DNA of 56,575 bases from Candidatus Hydrogenedentota bacterium (GTDB taxonomy: Bacteria; Hydrogenedentota; Hydrogenedentia; Hydrogenedentales; SLHB01). Under the pieces are notes generated by a model. The model ran no database searches. It was not told the origin of the DNA and saw nothing but the letters and a program-made list of their open reading frames with translations. Both the position numbers and the translations under genes were made by a program. Location: NCBI GenBank assembly GCA_029974275.1, contig JARKSN010000278.1:1-56575 (forward strand). Reading direction: 5' to 3'. This document shows, in pieces, positions 1 to 9,183 of the stretch (positions are counted from its first letter, which is position 1; each line of letters opens with the position of its first letter).

Positions 1-98
1 TATGTGGGGCGGGGCGCCAACGACCAAACGAAAAGGGGAAGCAAATCACAAACGAGCCAAGGTCTGCCCGGAACTCAGATTTTAATGCGATAGCCCTG
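1..98 (-). mobile_element. ISAs1-family IS end (probably the left end); element extends beyond the window
   Basis: 80-98 TTTTAATGCGATAGCCCTG is the exact reverse complement of 56440-56458, which follows an ISAs1 transposase stop. CAGGG terminus is typical of ISAs1. No transposase C-terminus is encoded in 1-79, so it is read as the left end. Confidence 0.75.
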
Positions 99-213
99 CG
101 CGATGGGGCGATGGAATGCGCGGGCGCGAAGCGCTACACTACGCTGGATTTTTGCAGCCGCTTTCATGCGTTGGGCCTGATCGCGATGCGGCGCGCAAAC
201 GGAAGGAGCGGGC

Positions 214-1182
214 ATGGCACGTATTTTGGTGACCGGCGCAGCGGGATTCATCGGGTCGCATTTGGCCGAACGACTCGCGGCGCTAGGGCATGAGGTTCTG
301 GGCGTCGATTGCTTGACGGATTATTATGCGATCGCGCTCAAACGGCTCACCGTGGCCGACCTCGCGGAAAAAGGCATTCCGGTGCTGGAGATCGATCTCG
401 CACGGGACGATCTGAGCGCTTGCGTCCAAGACGTCGAGATGACGTATCACCTCGCCGCGCAGCCGGGGATATCGACGCAAACCGGGTTCGACGCATACCT
501 GCGCAACAACATCATCGCGACGCAGCGTTTGCTGACGGCTGTTCAGCGGTCGCGCGCCTTTCGTGGATTCATCAACGTCTGCACGTCGTCGGCGTACGGT
601 TCCGACGCTTCCCGCGACGAATCGGCCGAGCCCAAACCCACTTCCTACTACGGCGTCACCAAGCTTGCCGCCGAGCAGCTCGTGCTTGCGTTCACGCGCG
701 ATCAAGGGGTTCCCGCGTGTTCGTTGCGTTTGTTTTCGGTGTACGGGCCGCGCGAACGCCCCGAGAAATTGTATCCGCGGCTTATCGGGGCCATCCTCGA
801 GGACAAGGAATTTCCGTTGTACGAGGGCAGTGAACGCCATTTGAGAAGTTTCACGTATGTTTCGGACATTGTGGACGGAATGGTTGCGACGCTCGACGGC
901 TTTGACGCGTGCATCGGCGAGATATTCAACATCGGCACGGACGCCACCTTCACCACCGAAGAGGGCATTCGAACGGTCGAGGCCATTCTCGGAAAACGCG
1001 CCCGCTTGCGCATGGCCCCCAAACGCCCCGGCGATCAACTCAAAACCCATGCGAACATCGAAAAGGCGCGGCGCCTCTTGGGATATGCGCCGGTCACTAC
1101 GCTTCGGGAAGGGCTCGAAAAAGAAGTGGCGTGGTACCGGCAGCGCATTCTCGGCAAAATCGCGTTATGGCCGGAGGGCTGA
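214..1182 (+). CDS. NAD-dependent nucleotide-sugar epimerase/dehydratase (extended SDR, UDP-glucuronate 4-epimerase-like)
   Basis: TGAAGFIG Rossmann motif, HLAAQPG, YGVTK (YxxxK), VYGPRERP; GGAG RBS upstream. Confidence 0.9.
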   Translation: MARILVTGAAGFIGSHLAERLAALGHEVLGVDCLTDYYAIALKRLTVADLAEKGIPVLEIDLARDDLSACVQDVEMTYHLAAQPGISTQTGFDAYLRNNIIATQRLLTAVQRSRAFRGFINVCTSSAYGSDASRDESAEPKPTSYYGVTKLAAEQLVLAFTRDQGVPACSLRLFSVYGPRERPEKLYPRLIGAILEDKEFPLYEGSERHLRSFTYVSDIVDGMVATLDGFDACIGEIFNIGTDATFTTEEGIRTVEAILGKRARLRMAPKRPGDQLKTHANIEKARRLLGYAPVTTLREGLEKEVAWYRQRILGKIALWPEG

Positions 1183-1194
1183 TCGCGATCGCTG

Positions 1195-2121
1195 TCACGC
1201 AAAGAGCGCGTTGACGAATTCTTCAGGCGCGAACGGTTGCAGATCGTCGATTTGTTCGCCGACGCCGATGAATTTGATGGGAATGCCGAGCTGCTTCTGG
1301 ATGGCGATCACGATTCCGCCCTTGGCGGTCCCGTCAAGCTTGGTCAAGACGATACCCGTGACTGTTAGGGCCTCGGTGAAGATGCGGGCCTGCTGGAGGG
1401 CGTTCTGCCCCGTGGTGGCGTCGAGCACGAGCAGCACCTCATGGGGCGCCCCAGGCAGCCGCTTGGCCACCACGCGCTGAATCTTGCGCAGTTCCTCCAT
1501 CAGGTTGACCTTGGTGTGAAGACGTCCGGCGGTGTCGATCAATACATAATCCGCCCCGCGCGAGATGGCGGCGTCGGTGGCGTCGAATGCGACGGCGGCG
1601 GGGTCGGAGCCGTCCTGGTGTTTGACGATGGGCACGCCCGCCCGTTCGCTCCAAATGGTGAGCTGTTCGACGGCGGCGGCGCGAAACGTATCCGCCGCGC
1701 CCAGCACGACGCCGCGCCCTTCGGCCTTTAGTTTGGACGCGATCTTGCCGGTGGTGGTCGTCTTGCCGGAACCGTTCACGCCGACAATCAGCGTGACCAC
1801 CGGCGTGACGTCTTCGTGGGAAATTCCATGTTCGCCCGGGGTGAGCAAGGCCGTGAGCTCGTCCTTGAGAACGCCGTACAAGGCTTGCGGATCGGTCAGC
1901 CGCCGTTCCTTGGCCGTCCGGCGCATGTCCTCGATCAGTTCGAGCGAAGTTTCAACGCCCAAATCGGCTTCGATGAGGATGCGTTCGAGTTCCTCGAACA
2001 CCTCTTCATCGATGGCGGAACGGCCCGTGAACACGCTCTTGACATTGTCCACCAGGGTCGTGCGGGTTTTGCTCAATCCGTCGCGCAGCCGCGCGAAAAA
2101 ACCGCGCTTCGTCTCTGTCAT
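1195..2121 (-). CDS. ftsY: Signal recognition particle receptor FtsY
   Basis: GVNGSGKTTT, DTFRAAA, DTAGRL, DATTGQN, TKLDGTAKGG motifs; start placed at MTETKRGFF. Confidence 0.97.
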   Translation of the reverse strand: MTETKRGFFARLRDGLSKTRTTLVDNVKSVFTGRSAIDEEVFEELERILIEADLGVETSLELIEDMRRTAKERRLTDPQALYGVLKDELTALLTPGEHGISHEDVTPVVTLIVGVNGSGKTTTTGKIASKLKAEGRGVVLGAADTFRAAAVEQLTIWSERAGVPIVKHQDGSDPAAVAFDATDAAISRGADYVLIDTAGRLHTKVNLMEELRKIQRVVAKRLPGAPHEVLLVLDATTGQNALQQARIFTEALTVTGIVLTKLDGTAKGGIVIAIQKQLGIPIKFIGVGEQIDDLQPFAPEEFVNALFA

Positions 2122-2214
2122 GCGTTGCTTGATCCTCAATGGTTCCTGTTTGCGGAAGACGCGTTGCGCGCGCAGGCAAGACGGGCCGCAGCGCCGGAGA
2201 AAGGCGCCGCGTCA

Positions 2215-2973
2215 TCACTCGACGCGATACAGAGCCGCCGCGTAGCGCTTGTCGCTGGATTTCGTTTGGGCGAAGCACATGAAATTCTTATTGACGGCGT
2301 TGGGCTCGACATATCCAAACGCGCCGACATCCCTGCCTTTGAGGCGCACGGCGGCGTTCATGGAGGCCGCGCTGCCGCTGGACTCGATCTGGGCCCGCCC
2401 CCGGATTTCCCCTCCCCCGCGCAGCAGGGCGACGAAAAGAAAATCGCCATTCTCGGCGCGCGCCGCTATGGCGCCTCCTCCAAACACGGCTTCCTCGTCT
2501 TCCTCGGGTTGAATCTCGATGGCGTACCGTCCATCGCCCAGGCCCATTCGCTCCGATGTTTCCCCCGGCATGCGCGGGGAAGTCTCCAGCACTGGATCAG
2601 CCGCCAGGGTCCGGTAGAGTTCTTCGAACGGCTCGGCTTCCGGTCCGCGCCAGAAATCCTCGACGGGGGCGTCGTCCGCCACTTGAGGGGTGAACCAGTC
2701 GACGATGGTGTCTGTGTTGAAGGCCGTCCACACGATCAGCAACAGCCCAATCATCACCACGATGCCCCGGACCCAGTCCCGAGCGCTAAGCCCGCCGCTC
2801 CCGATCGCGGTGTCGGCTTCGATGGCAATGCGCCGCGCCCGTTGATCGCGCAAATTGTTGCCGCATTGTTTGCACAGGAGCGTCCCTTCCGGGTTGACGG
2901 TCCCGCACATCTCGCAGACGGCGTCCGCGTCGGTATTGTCGAATGACGCCCTCCGGAGACGGTCGTCTGACAT
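2215..2973 (-). CDS. Zinc-ribbon-containing single-pass membrane protein
   Basis: CEMC-x11-CKQC near the N-terminus, then hydrophobic GIVVMIGLLLIVWTAF; GGAGG RBS before MSDDRL. Confidence 0.7.
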   Translation of the reverse strand: MSDDRLRRASFDNTDADAVCEMCGTVNPEGTLLCKQCGNNLRDQRARRIAIEADTAIGSGGLSARDWVRGIVVMIGLLLIVWTAFNTDTIVDWFTPQVADDAPVEDFWRGPEAEPFEELYRTLAADPVLETSPRMPGETSERMGLGDGRYAIEIQPEEDEEAVFGGGAIAARAENGDFLFVALLRGGGEIRGRAQIESSGSAASMNAAVRLKGRDVGAFGYVEPNAVNKNFMCFAQTKSSDKRYAAALYRVE

Positions 2974-3206
2974 CTGCCCTCGTCCTCCCTGATGCCCTTG
3001 TCGGGCAACTGATGCTGCAGACCCTGCGGCCGGCAAAAAACGTACATTGCTATTGTGGCACAGTCTATTGCGCAATTCCACCTTGCGTTTTACGATCCTG
3101 AGTTTGACGGCGGCCACGCGGTTCCCGTATTGACAGCCGGGCAGGCGTTCGTGTCAAATCGACCCAGGGAATTGTCGGTCCCCTTTGGATAGTCTCTTGG
3201 CCATGA

Positions 3207-3314
3207 CGTCGTGCCTGTCTTCGATTGACGGGAACGCGTCTTGGCCTCAACACAAATTTTCGCGAGTTGCGGCTCGTGGGCGGCATCAAGCGGATCGTCA
3301 ACTGTCTCGAATGA
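3207..3314 (+). pseudogene. 3' remnant of a GxxExxY-family gene
   Basis: Frame reads CLRLTGTRLGLNTNFRELRLVGGIKRIVNCLE*, matching the GxxExxY C-terminal pattern YL(K/R)LTG..LGL.INF....L..GIKRIVN. In-frame TGA at 3204-3206 and no start codon. Confidence 0.7.
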
Positions 3315-3319
3315 GATTG

Positions 3320-3434
3320 CTCTGCGTTTCGTTGCGTCCTCAGCGCCTCTGCGTTGGGGAGACTTCAACGCAGAGATGCCGAGAACGCGGAGTGACGCAG
3401 AGGGGAGTCTTGGTTCCGGCTGCGCCGGGTTAGG
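3320..3434. repeat. CTCTGCG...CGCAGAG palindromic repeat plus short CCGGC-TGC-GCCGG hairpin
   Basis: Nested inverted repeats 3320-3327/3395-3402 and 3347-3356/3366-3375; similar to the third hairpin of the units at 10211-11206. Confidence 0.75.
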
Positions 3435-3442
3435 AGGAGATC

Positions 3443-5437
3443 ATGGCAAGACGTATTATGATTCTCGCTTTCGTTCTGTCGATTCTTCCGTGCGTGGCGC
3501 GTTCGGAGCCGTCACCCTATCGTGATCTGTATCCGGACACATGGGCGGCGACCGATGCGCTTGGCCGATCCATGCCGGATTTCGGGGCGGTTGGCCCGAT
3601 CAAGAAGGACCAGCGCCGGGTGGTGGGCATTTTCTATGTTACGTGGCACAGCGATTCGTTGGCTGCAGCGAAAAGCCCCTACACGGCGGACGTGACCAAG
3701 GTGCTTGCCGCCGATCCGCTGGCGCGCCTGGACGCTCATCATCCGCTATGGGCCAAGGGCATGCATCACTGGGGCGAGCCGGAGCTGGGCTATTTTCTCA
3801 GCAAGGATGCGTACGTGATCCGCAAAGACATATCCATGCTCGCGGATGCGGGGGTGGACGTTTTGGTGATGGACGTCACCAACGCGGTTCGGTATTGGGA
3901 CGAGTGGGATGTCCTGTTCGGGGTCATGCAGCAGATGAAGGCCGAAGGCAATCGCGTGCCGCAGTTCTGTTTCTGGGCGTTCAACGGCCCTTCGATTGTG
4001 GTGGTGCAAGAGCTGTATGACAGGATTTACAAGACAGGGAAATACAAGGACCTGTGGTTTTACTGGGACGGCAAGCCGTTGTTGTTGTACAACGGCACGC
4101 CGGAGACGGATTCCACGGGTATCAATATCAAACATCCCAACCCGCGCCACGATCCCGCCGCCAAGACGGATCCGAGCCATCCGCATTATGGCGATCCCCT
4201 TTACACGGAAGAGTTCTTCACCGACTATTCGCGGGAGGTGAAGGATTTTTTCACCTTGCGAACGATGTGGTGGGGATGGTCCGAGTGGGCGGGCAAACGT
4301 TTCATCGGAACGGAAGACAACTGGAGCTTCGGCTATGCCTTGGATGATGAACGGATCCGGGCCATGGCGCCCGAGGAACTGCTTTCGACGCACAAGGGAA
4401 AGCGCGAGGAGGCCGCCGTCACCCCGGCGCAGCATCCGACATCTTTGACGGGAAAGTCTTGGGCGCGCGAGCGCGGCGAGCCGGAATTGAACGAGCGCGA
4501 CATGCCCATGCCCGCCTATGTGCCGTGGCTTGGCAAGACGGTCGAGCATCCCGAAGGCTACGGCATCTATTTTCAGGAGCGATGGGATGAAGCCCTCAAG
4601 GCCAACCCGCAGTTTCTCTATATCAACGATTGGAACGAGTGGACGGCCGGCAAATACCATCCCGAGGCGGGCAAGACTTTCCCCTTCATGCGCCGCGAAT
4701 CTCCGTATTTTTTTGTCGACCAGTACAACGCCGAGTTCAACCGCGCGATTCAGCCTATGAAGGGCGGATACACGGATAATTACTACATGCAGATGGCTCA
4801 GAACATCCGCCGTTACAAAGGCGTCCGCCCGGCGCCCGCCCTGAAAGGATTCCGCTCGATTCGTCTGGACGGCGCGTTCGGCGATTGGCGATCGGTCAAG
4901 CCCGAATACCGCGACACCATCGGCGACGTCGTTCACCGCGATTATGCGGGATACGGCGGGCTGCACTACAAGAACGATTCGGGGCGCAACGACATCACGA
5001 CCTGCAAGGTCGCCGTTGATCGCACGGCAGTGTATTTTTATGTGCAAACCGGGGAGCCCCTCACGCCGCACACCGATCGCCACTGGATGCTGCTGTTGAT
5101 CGACGCCGACCAAAACCACGAGACAGGATGGAACGGGTACGATTTTCTGGTCAATCAACATATCTTGGACGACAAGACCACAACGCTTATGGGGTACGAT
5201 CCGGCGGCGCCCGGCGGACCGTGGGTCGAGCGGGCGCAACTTTCCTATCGTTACGCAGGCGCGGAACTCGAGTTGGCCGTGCCGCGGGCCGCGCTGGGAC
5301 TAGAGGGCAAGGCGTTTGCGTTCGATTTTCATTGGTGCGACAACCCCGCCGATCTCGAGGACCCGATCTCGTTGTGCACCGACGGCGACAGCGCTCCCAA
5401 TCGGCGCTTCAATTACCGGTGCATCTGGAAAAGGTGA
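3443..5437 (+). CDS. Secreted glycoside hydrolase-like protein (GH99/GH71-like barrel plus C-terminal beta domain)
   Basis: Signal peptide; VGIFYVTWH, HWGEPELGY, MLADAGVD, INDWNEW motifs; AGGAGGAG RBS. Confidence 0.65.
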   Translation: MARRIMILAFVLSILPCVARSEPSPYRDLYPDTWAATDALGRSMPDFGAVGPIKKDQRRVVGIFYVTWHSDSLAAAKSPYTADVTKVLAADPLARLDAHHPLWAKGMHHWGEPELGYFLSKDAYVIRKDISMLADAGVDVLVMDVTNAVRYWDEWDVLFGVMQQMKAEGNRVPQFCFWAFNGPSIVVVQELYDRIYKTGKYKDLWFYWDGKPLLLYNGTPETDSTGINIKHPNPRHDPAAKTDPSHPHYGDPLYTEEFFTDYSREVKDFFTLRTMWWGWSEWAGKRFIGTEDNWSFGYALDDERIRAMAPEELLSTHKGKREEAAVTPAQHPTSLTGKSWARERGEPELNERDMPMPAYVPWLGKTVEHPEGYGIYFQERWDEALKANPQFLYINDWNEWTAGKYHPEAGKTFPFMRRESPYFFVDQYNAEFNRAIQPMKGGYTDNYYMQMAQNIRRYKGVRPAPALKGFRSIRLDGAFGDWRSVKPEYRDTIGDVVHRDYAGYGGLHYKNDSGRNDITTCKVAVDRTAVYFYVQTGEPLTPHTDRHWMLLLIDADQNHETGWNGYDFLVNQHILDDKTTTLMGYDPAAPGGPWVERAQLSYRYAGAELELAVPRAALGLEGKAFAFDFHWCDNPADLEDPISLCTDGDSAPNRRFNYRCIWKR

Positions 5438-5506
5438 ACGGATCGCCGCGGACCGGGCTGTTTTCCAGTGGTTGCGCCTCGCCTGCGCGGCAGCGCGAAG
5501 GCAAGG

Positions 5507-6046
5507 TCATTTGATGAGCGCGATCGCTTTTTTGAATTGTGGGGCGTCGGATTTGCCCAGAATCTCGAAAAGCGCCATCTCCGTCGTGACCAAGGAAACG
5601 CCCGCGCGGGACAACCGGTCCAGCCCGGCGAGATGCTCCTCGTCGGATCGCGATCCCGTTGCATCGCGCACAACGAACGCTTCGAATCCCTGCGCCGCGG
5701 CGCCCAAGGCGGTCTGCAGCACGCATACGTGCGTCTCGACGCCCGCGATCACGAGTTGGCGCCGTCCTGTTCGCGCGAGGGCTTCGCAGAATCCCTCGTC
5801 GCCCATGCAGCCGAACGACGTTTTTTCGATCGGGAAGACGCCGGGAAGCTCGGCGGCCACCGGATCCACGGTTCTGCCGAGACCTTTGGGATACTGCTCG
5901 GTGAGGAGAAGAGGCAATTCCAGGATCGCCGCAAACCGGATTAGTTTGATGACGTTCGGGATGATGCGGTCCGCGTTCCCGATGGCTGGAAGCAGTTTTT
6001 CCTGCAGGTCGATGATCGTCATCGTCACGTCGGTTTGCCGCAACAC
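5507..6046 (-). CDS. Isochorismatase-family (cysteine) hydrolase
   Basis: IIDLQEKL, TEQYPKGLG, EKTSFGC, GVETHVCVLQT; GTG start with AGGAGG RBS. Confidence 0.92.
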   Translation of the reverse strand: MLRQTDVTMTIIDLQEKLLPAIGNADRIIPNVIKLIRFAAILELPLLLTEQYPKGLGRTVDPVAAELPGVFPIEKTSFGCMGDEGFCEALARTGRRQLVIAGVETHVCVLQTALGAAAQGFEAFVVRDATGSRSDEEHLAGLDRLSRAGVSLVTTEMALFEILGKSDAPQFKKAIALIK

Positions 6047-6091
6047 GGCGCATCCTCCTGTTTCAAGAGACGTTTTTGCCGGGCGCGCAGA

Positions 6092-7039
6092 TCACTCCTG
6101 CTGCGCCCAAAGTTGACGGTCAATGAGGGAAATGTAATCGGACCAGTTCTGCCCGCGTTGCCGGGTTTCCTCGACGATGCGCGTGAAGGCGTTGGCCTGC
6201 GCGTCGAGGTTGTCGAGATGGAACAGCGCGACCGCTTCGGGAGTTTTCGGCAAAACCGGCGATCCGTTGACGTACTCGCCGTGGTGAGCGAGGATGCAAT
6301 GCAACAGATGCAGCCGCACGGTCTCGGGAAAGTCGGGAATCTCGTCCATTTTCCGGCGGACGATGTCGGCGCCGATGACCAGATGTCCCAGCAGCTTGCC
6401 CGCGGTGGTGTAATCGACGGAAAGATCGTGCGTCATTTCATCCAACTTGCCGATGTCGTGCAGCAAGATGCCCGTGAGCAACAAATCGCGTTGAATGTTC
6501 GGATACAACTCGCACAACACCTCGGCCAACCGGGCCATTTCGTAACAGTGCTGAACAAGGCCCCCGCGGCACTCGTGGTGCCAGCGTTTGCCCGCCGAAG
6601 CGGTCTCGAAGCGGATCATGAATTCAGGATCGTCGAGAAACGATCGGGTCAGCCGGACCAAGCAAGGCTCCTGCAAGGTGTCCATGATGGACCGGAACCG
6701 CGCGACAAATTGCGCGGCGTCGGGGTGGACGTAGACAAGGTCGCGTTTGTCGTAGTCCGCCTCGCGAATCGGCGTCACGTGCTCCACGCGCACCTGCAAA
6801 CGGTCTTGATAGGTGGCGACCAAGCCCTTGACGTGGACCACGTCGCCGGCTTCAAACTGTTGCGCGACCGAGGCCGCGTTGTTCCACAAAACGCCGCCGA
6901 TTTCGCCCGTGCGGTCCTTGAACACCATTCCCAGGAACTTGCCGCCGTTTTGCTGATCGCGCAAATCCTTGCGCACCGCGACGAAATAATCGTTGAGGCG
7001 ATCGCCCTCCTGCAACGTTTCCACGAATTGCCGTTTCAT
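6092..7039 (-). CDS. yhaM: 3'-5' exoribonuclease YhaM/Cbf1 (OB-fold + HD domain)
   Basis: DRTGEI OB-fold, WHH..GGLVQH, LHDIGK, ILAHHG, PKTPEA, DNLDA; start at MKRQFV. Confidence 0.88.
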   Translation of the reverse strand: MKRQFVETLQEGDRLNDYFVAVRKDLRDQQNGGKFLGMVFKDRTGEIGGVLWNNAASVAQQFEAGDVVHVKGLVATYQDRLQVRVEHVTPIREADYDKRDLVYVHPDAAQFVARFRSIMDTLQEPCLVRLTRSFLDDPEFMIRFETASAGKRWHHECRGGLVQHCYEMARLAEVLCELYPNIQRDLLLTGILLHDIGKLDEMTHDLSVDYTTAGKLLGHLVIGADIVRRKMDEIPDFPETVRLHLLHCILAHHGEYVNGSPVLPKTPEAVALFHLDNLDAQANAFTRIVEETRQRGQNWSDYISLIDRQLWAQQE

Positions 7040-7222
7040 CCGGATTTCCTTGTACGTTGGGACAGAACGGCAAGGGTACCGTGTGCAGGCGGCCGGTTGC
7101 AAGCGACGGACGGGCGCCTTGGACGCGTGCTCGAAGATAGCGCTGCCGGGCGGATGGTTGCCGAGAGGATTCCGTGATATGCTGGGCGGCAGACGGCGCG
7201 CAGAACGCCGAGGAGGCGAACC

Positions 7223-8236
7223 ATGACCAGTCGCGAGCGCATCCGCACCATCATTGCAGGCGAGACCGCCGACCGTTGCGGGTTCTGGATGGGCAACCCC
7301 CACCCGGACACGTGGCCCATCTACCACGCCTACTTCGGCACCGCGACAGAAGAGGAACTCCGTCTCAAACTCGGCGACGACTTCCGCTGGATATGCCCGC
7401 AATTCTACGCGTCCGCCTACCGCCACCCGAAAGGCCTCGGCATGTTCGACGCAGGACTCAACAAGGAATGCCACGGGCTGGCCGGTCCCTTTGCGAATTG
7501 CGAGGACGTTGCCGAAGTCGACGCCTACGAATGGCCCAACCCCGACTACCTCAACTTCGACGACTGCATCGCCGACCTCCAGAACGCCGGCGAGTTCTAC
7601 CGCGCCAGCGGATTCTGGACCTGCTTCTACCACAACATCATGGACCTCTTCGGCATGGAGAGTTACATGCTCAAGATGCTCGCCAACCCCGACGTCGTCC
7701 ACGCTGTCACCGACAAAGTTTGCCAGTTTTACTACGAGGCCAACGAACGCTTCTACGCGCAGGCCGGCGACCTCATGGATGGATTCTTCTTCGGCAACGA
7801 CTTCGGCACCCAGGTCGACCTCATTTGCGGCCCCGATCAATTCGACGAATTCATCATGCCCTGGTTCCGCCGCTTCACCGACCAAGCCCACCACCACGGC
7901 TACCAGGTGATCCTACACTCCTGCGGCGCGATCCACCGCGTGATCGGCCGGCTCATTGACGCCAACGTTGACTGCCTCCACCCGCTCCAAGCCCGCGCCT
8001 GCAACATGGACGCCGACACCCTCGCCCGCGACTACAAAGGCCGCATCGCCTTCCTCGGCGGCGTCGATACCCAAGACCTCCTCGTCCACGCCACCCCCGA
8101 CCAAATCCGCACCGAAGTCCATAGACTCAAACACACCCTCGACCCCAACCTCATCATCAGCCCCAGCCACGAAGCGTTGTTGCCGAATGTGCCGCCAGAA
8201 AACGTGGCGGCGATGGCTGAGGCGGCAACAAAATAG
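7223..8236 (+). CDS. Uroporphyrinogen decarboxylase-family protein (URO-D/MtaA-like barrel)
   Basis: MTSRERI N-terminus, GNDFGTQ, ILHSCG, LHPLQ, FLGGVDTQ, VPPENV; GAGGAGG RBS. Confidence 0.85.
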   Translation: MTSRERIRTIIAGETADRCGFWMGNPHPDTWPIYHAYFGTATEEELRLKLGDDFRWICPQFYASAYRHPKGLGMFDAGLNKECHGLAGPFANCEDVAEVDAYEWPNPDYLNFDDCIADLQNAGEFYRASGFWTCFYHNIMDLFGMESYMLKMLANPDVVHAVTDKVCQFYYEANERFYAQAGDLMDGFFFGNDFGTQVDLICGPDQFDEFIMPWFRRFTDQAHHHGYQVILHSCGAIHRVIGRLIDANVDCLHPLQARACNMDADTLARDYKGRIAFLGGVDTQDLLVHATPDQIRTEVHRLKHTLDPNLIISPSHEALLPNVPPENVAAMAEAATK

Positions 8237-8257
8237 ACGCCGTCGGCTTGACTCTTC

Positions 8258-8283
8258 GTAGCGCCCGGTCTCCGTGCCGGGCG
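8258..8283 (+). repeat. GTAG-type REP element
   Basis: GTAG-CGCCCGG-TCTCCGTG-CCGGGCG (GTAG foot, 7-bp stem); same sequence at 10211-11206, 25099 and 47505. Confidence 0.85.
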
Positions 8284-8452
8284 TCTTAGGTCTGCGCGAA
8301 CGACGTTCCAGTCGCGAAACACGTGAACGTCACGAAAAACAAGGACTTTGCGCGGTAACTCCTCGCAATTGCGTGTCTTGGGACTGAGAATGAGAGCCTG
8401 GATGTTCCCCCCGTGCGTAAAGATTTTTGGGTACACTATGGCGTATAGGGCG

Positions 8453-9076
8453 CTATGTCGCTGGCGGGAAGAACGCACCTACTATGAGATAATAGAAGCC
8501 CAGAGCAATGACCAAGAAAGCCAGTCCGTTGATAGAGGTTTTCAAAGCAACTCCTTGGAGGCTGATTGCAATATCATTTGCTTGCGGGGTCAGGGAATGC
8601 TTACGCACTCTGTTGGCCTGATACATTTCCCAGAACGAAAACCCAATCCCAATAGCGACCATCAGATGCGCCAACCTTATCACAACCAACCTGTGCGTGT
8701 TGGCCGTATCGACCATTTTGAAGTTTGCCTTCTCCTGGTCGAGCTTCAGTTTCATCAAAGTCGTATCTTCCGAGAGTCTCAAATATTTGGTCTCCTGCTC
8801 TAGTCTTGCGATCAGCAAGCAACGATATGACTCTATCACCTCCTCATTCTGCCACACTGCCGCTAAAATGTCCGGCGGGATTTTTTCTTGCACTGTTTGG
8901 AGAGAGTTAGTGGTTGATTCAGGGCCGACTGGACGACTGAATACGGGCTCCGATTTGACAGGTGTCTCGTTCGGGCAGGTGAATCCTACCGCCACGGCTG
9001 TATTGGCGTAGCTATTGATGCAAAAGATCGATGTGAAACACATGACGCCTACCAAAAACATACGTGGCACATGCAT
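8453..9076 (-). CDS. Hypothetical membrane protein (signal peptide, helical region, two C-terminal TM segments)
   Basis: Low-GC open frame; GGAGG RBS before MHVPR; hydrophobic LAHLMVAIGIGFSFW and GLAFLVIALGFYYLIVGAFF. Confidence 0.7.
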   Translation of the reverse strand: MHVPRMFLVGVMCFTSIFCINSYANTAVAVGFTCPNETPVKSEPVFSRPVGPESTTNSLQTVQEKIPPDILAAVWQNEEVIESYRCLLIARLEQETKYLRLSEDTTLMKLKLDQEKANFKMVDTANTHRLVVIRLAHLMVAIGIGFSFWEMYQANRVRKHSLTPQANDIAISLQGVALKTSINGLAFLVIALGFYYLIVGAFFPPAT

Positions 9077-9183
9077 GACGCTATCCTCCCATTTTGGCTC
9101 CCTGGACCCACCACATGCTCCTTCTAGGAATGTCATACATCCCTCCTTCCAGCACCGCATGCGTCCTCCTAAGAACTGACAAC

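Noticed and set aside
7040..7897. N-terminal extension of the 601-aa yhaM ORF
   Set aside because: Overlaps the URO-D gene antisense; YhaM similarity starts at MKRQFV (7039)
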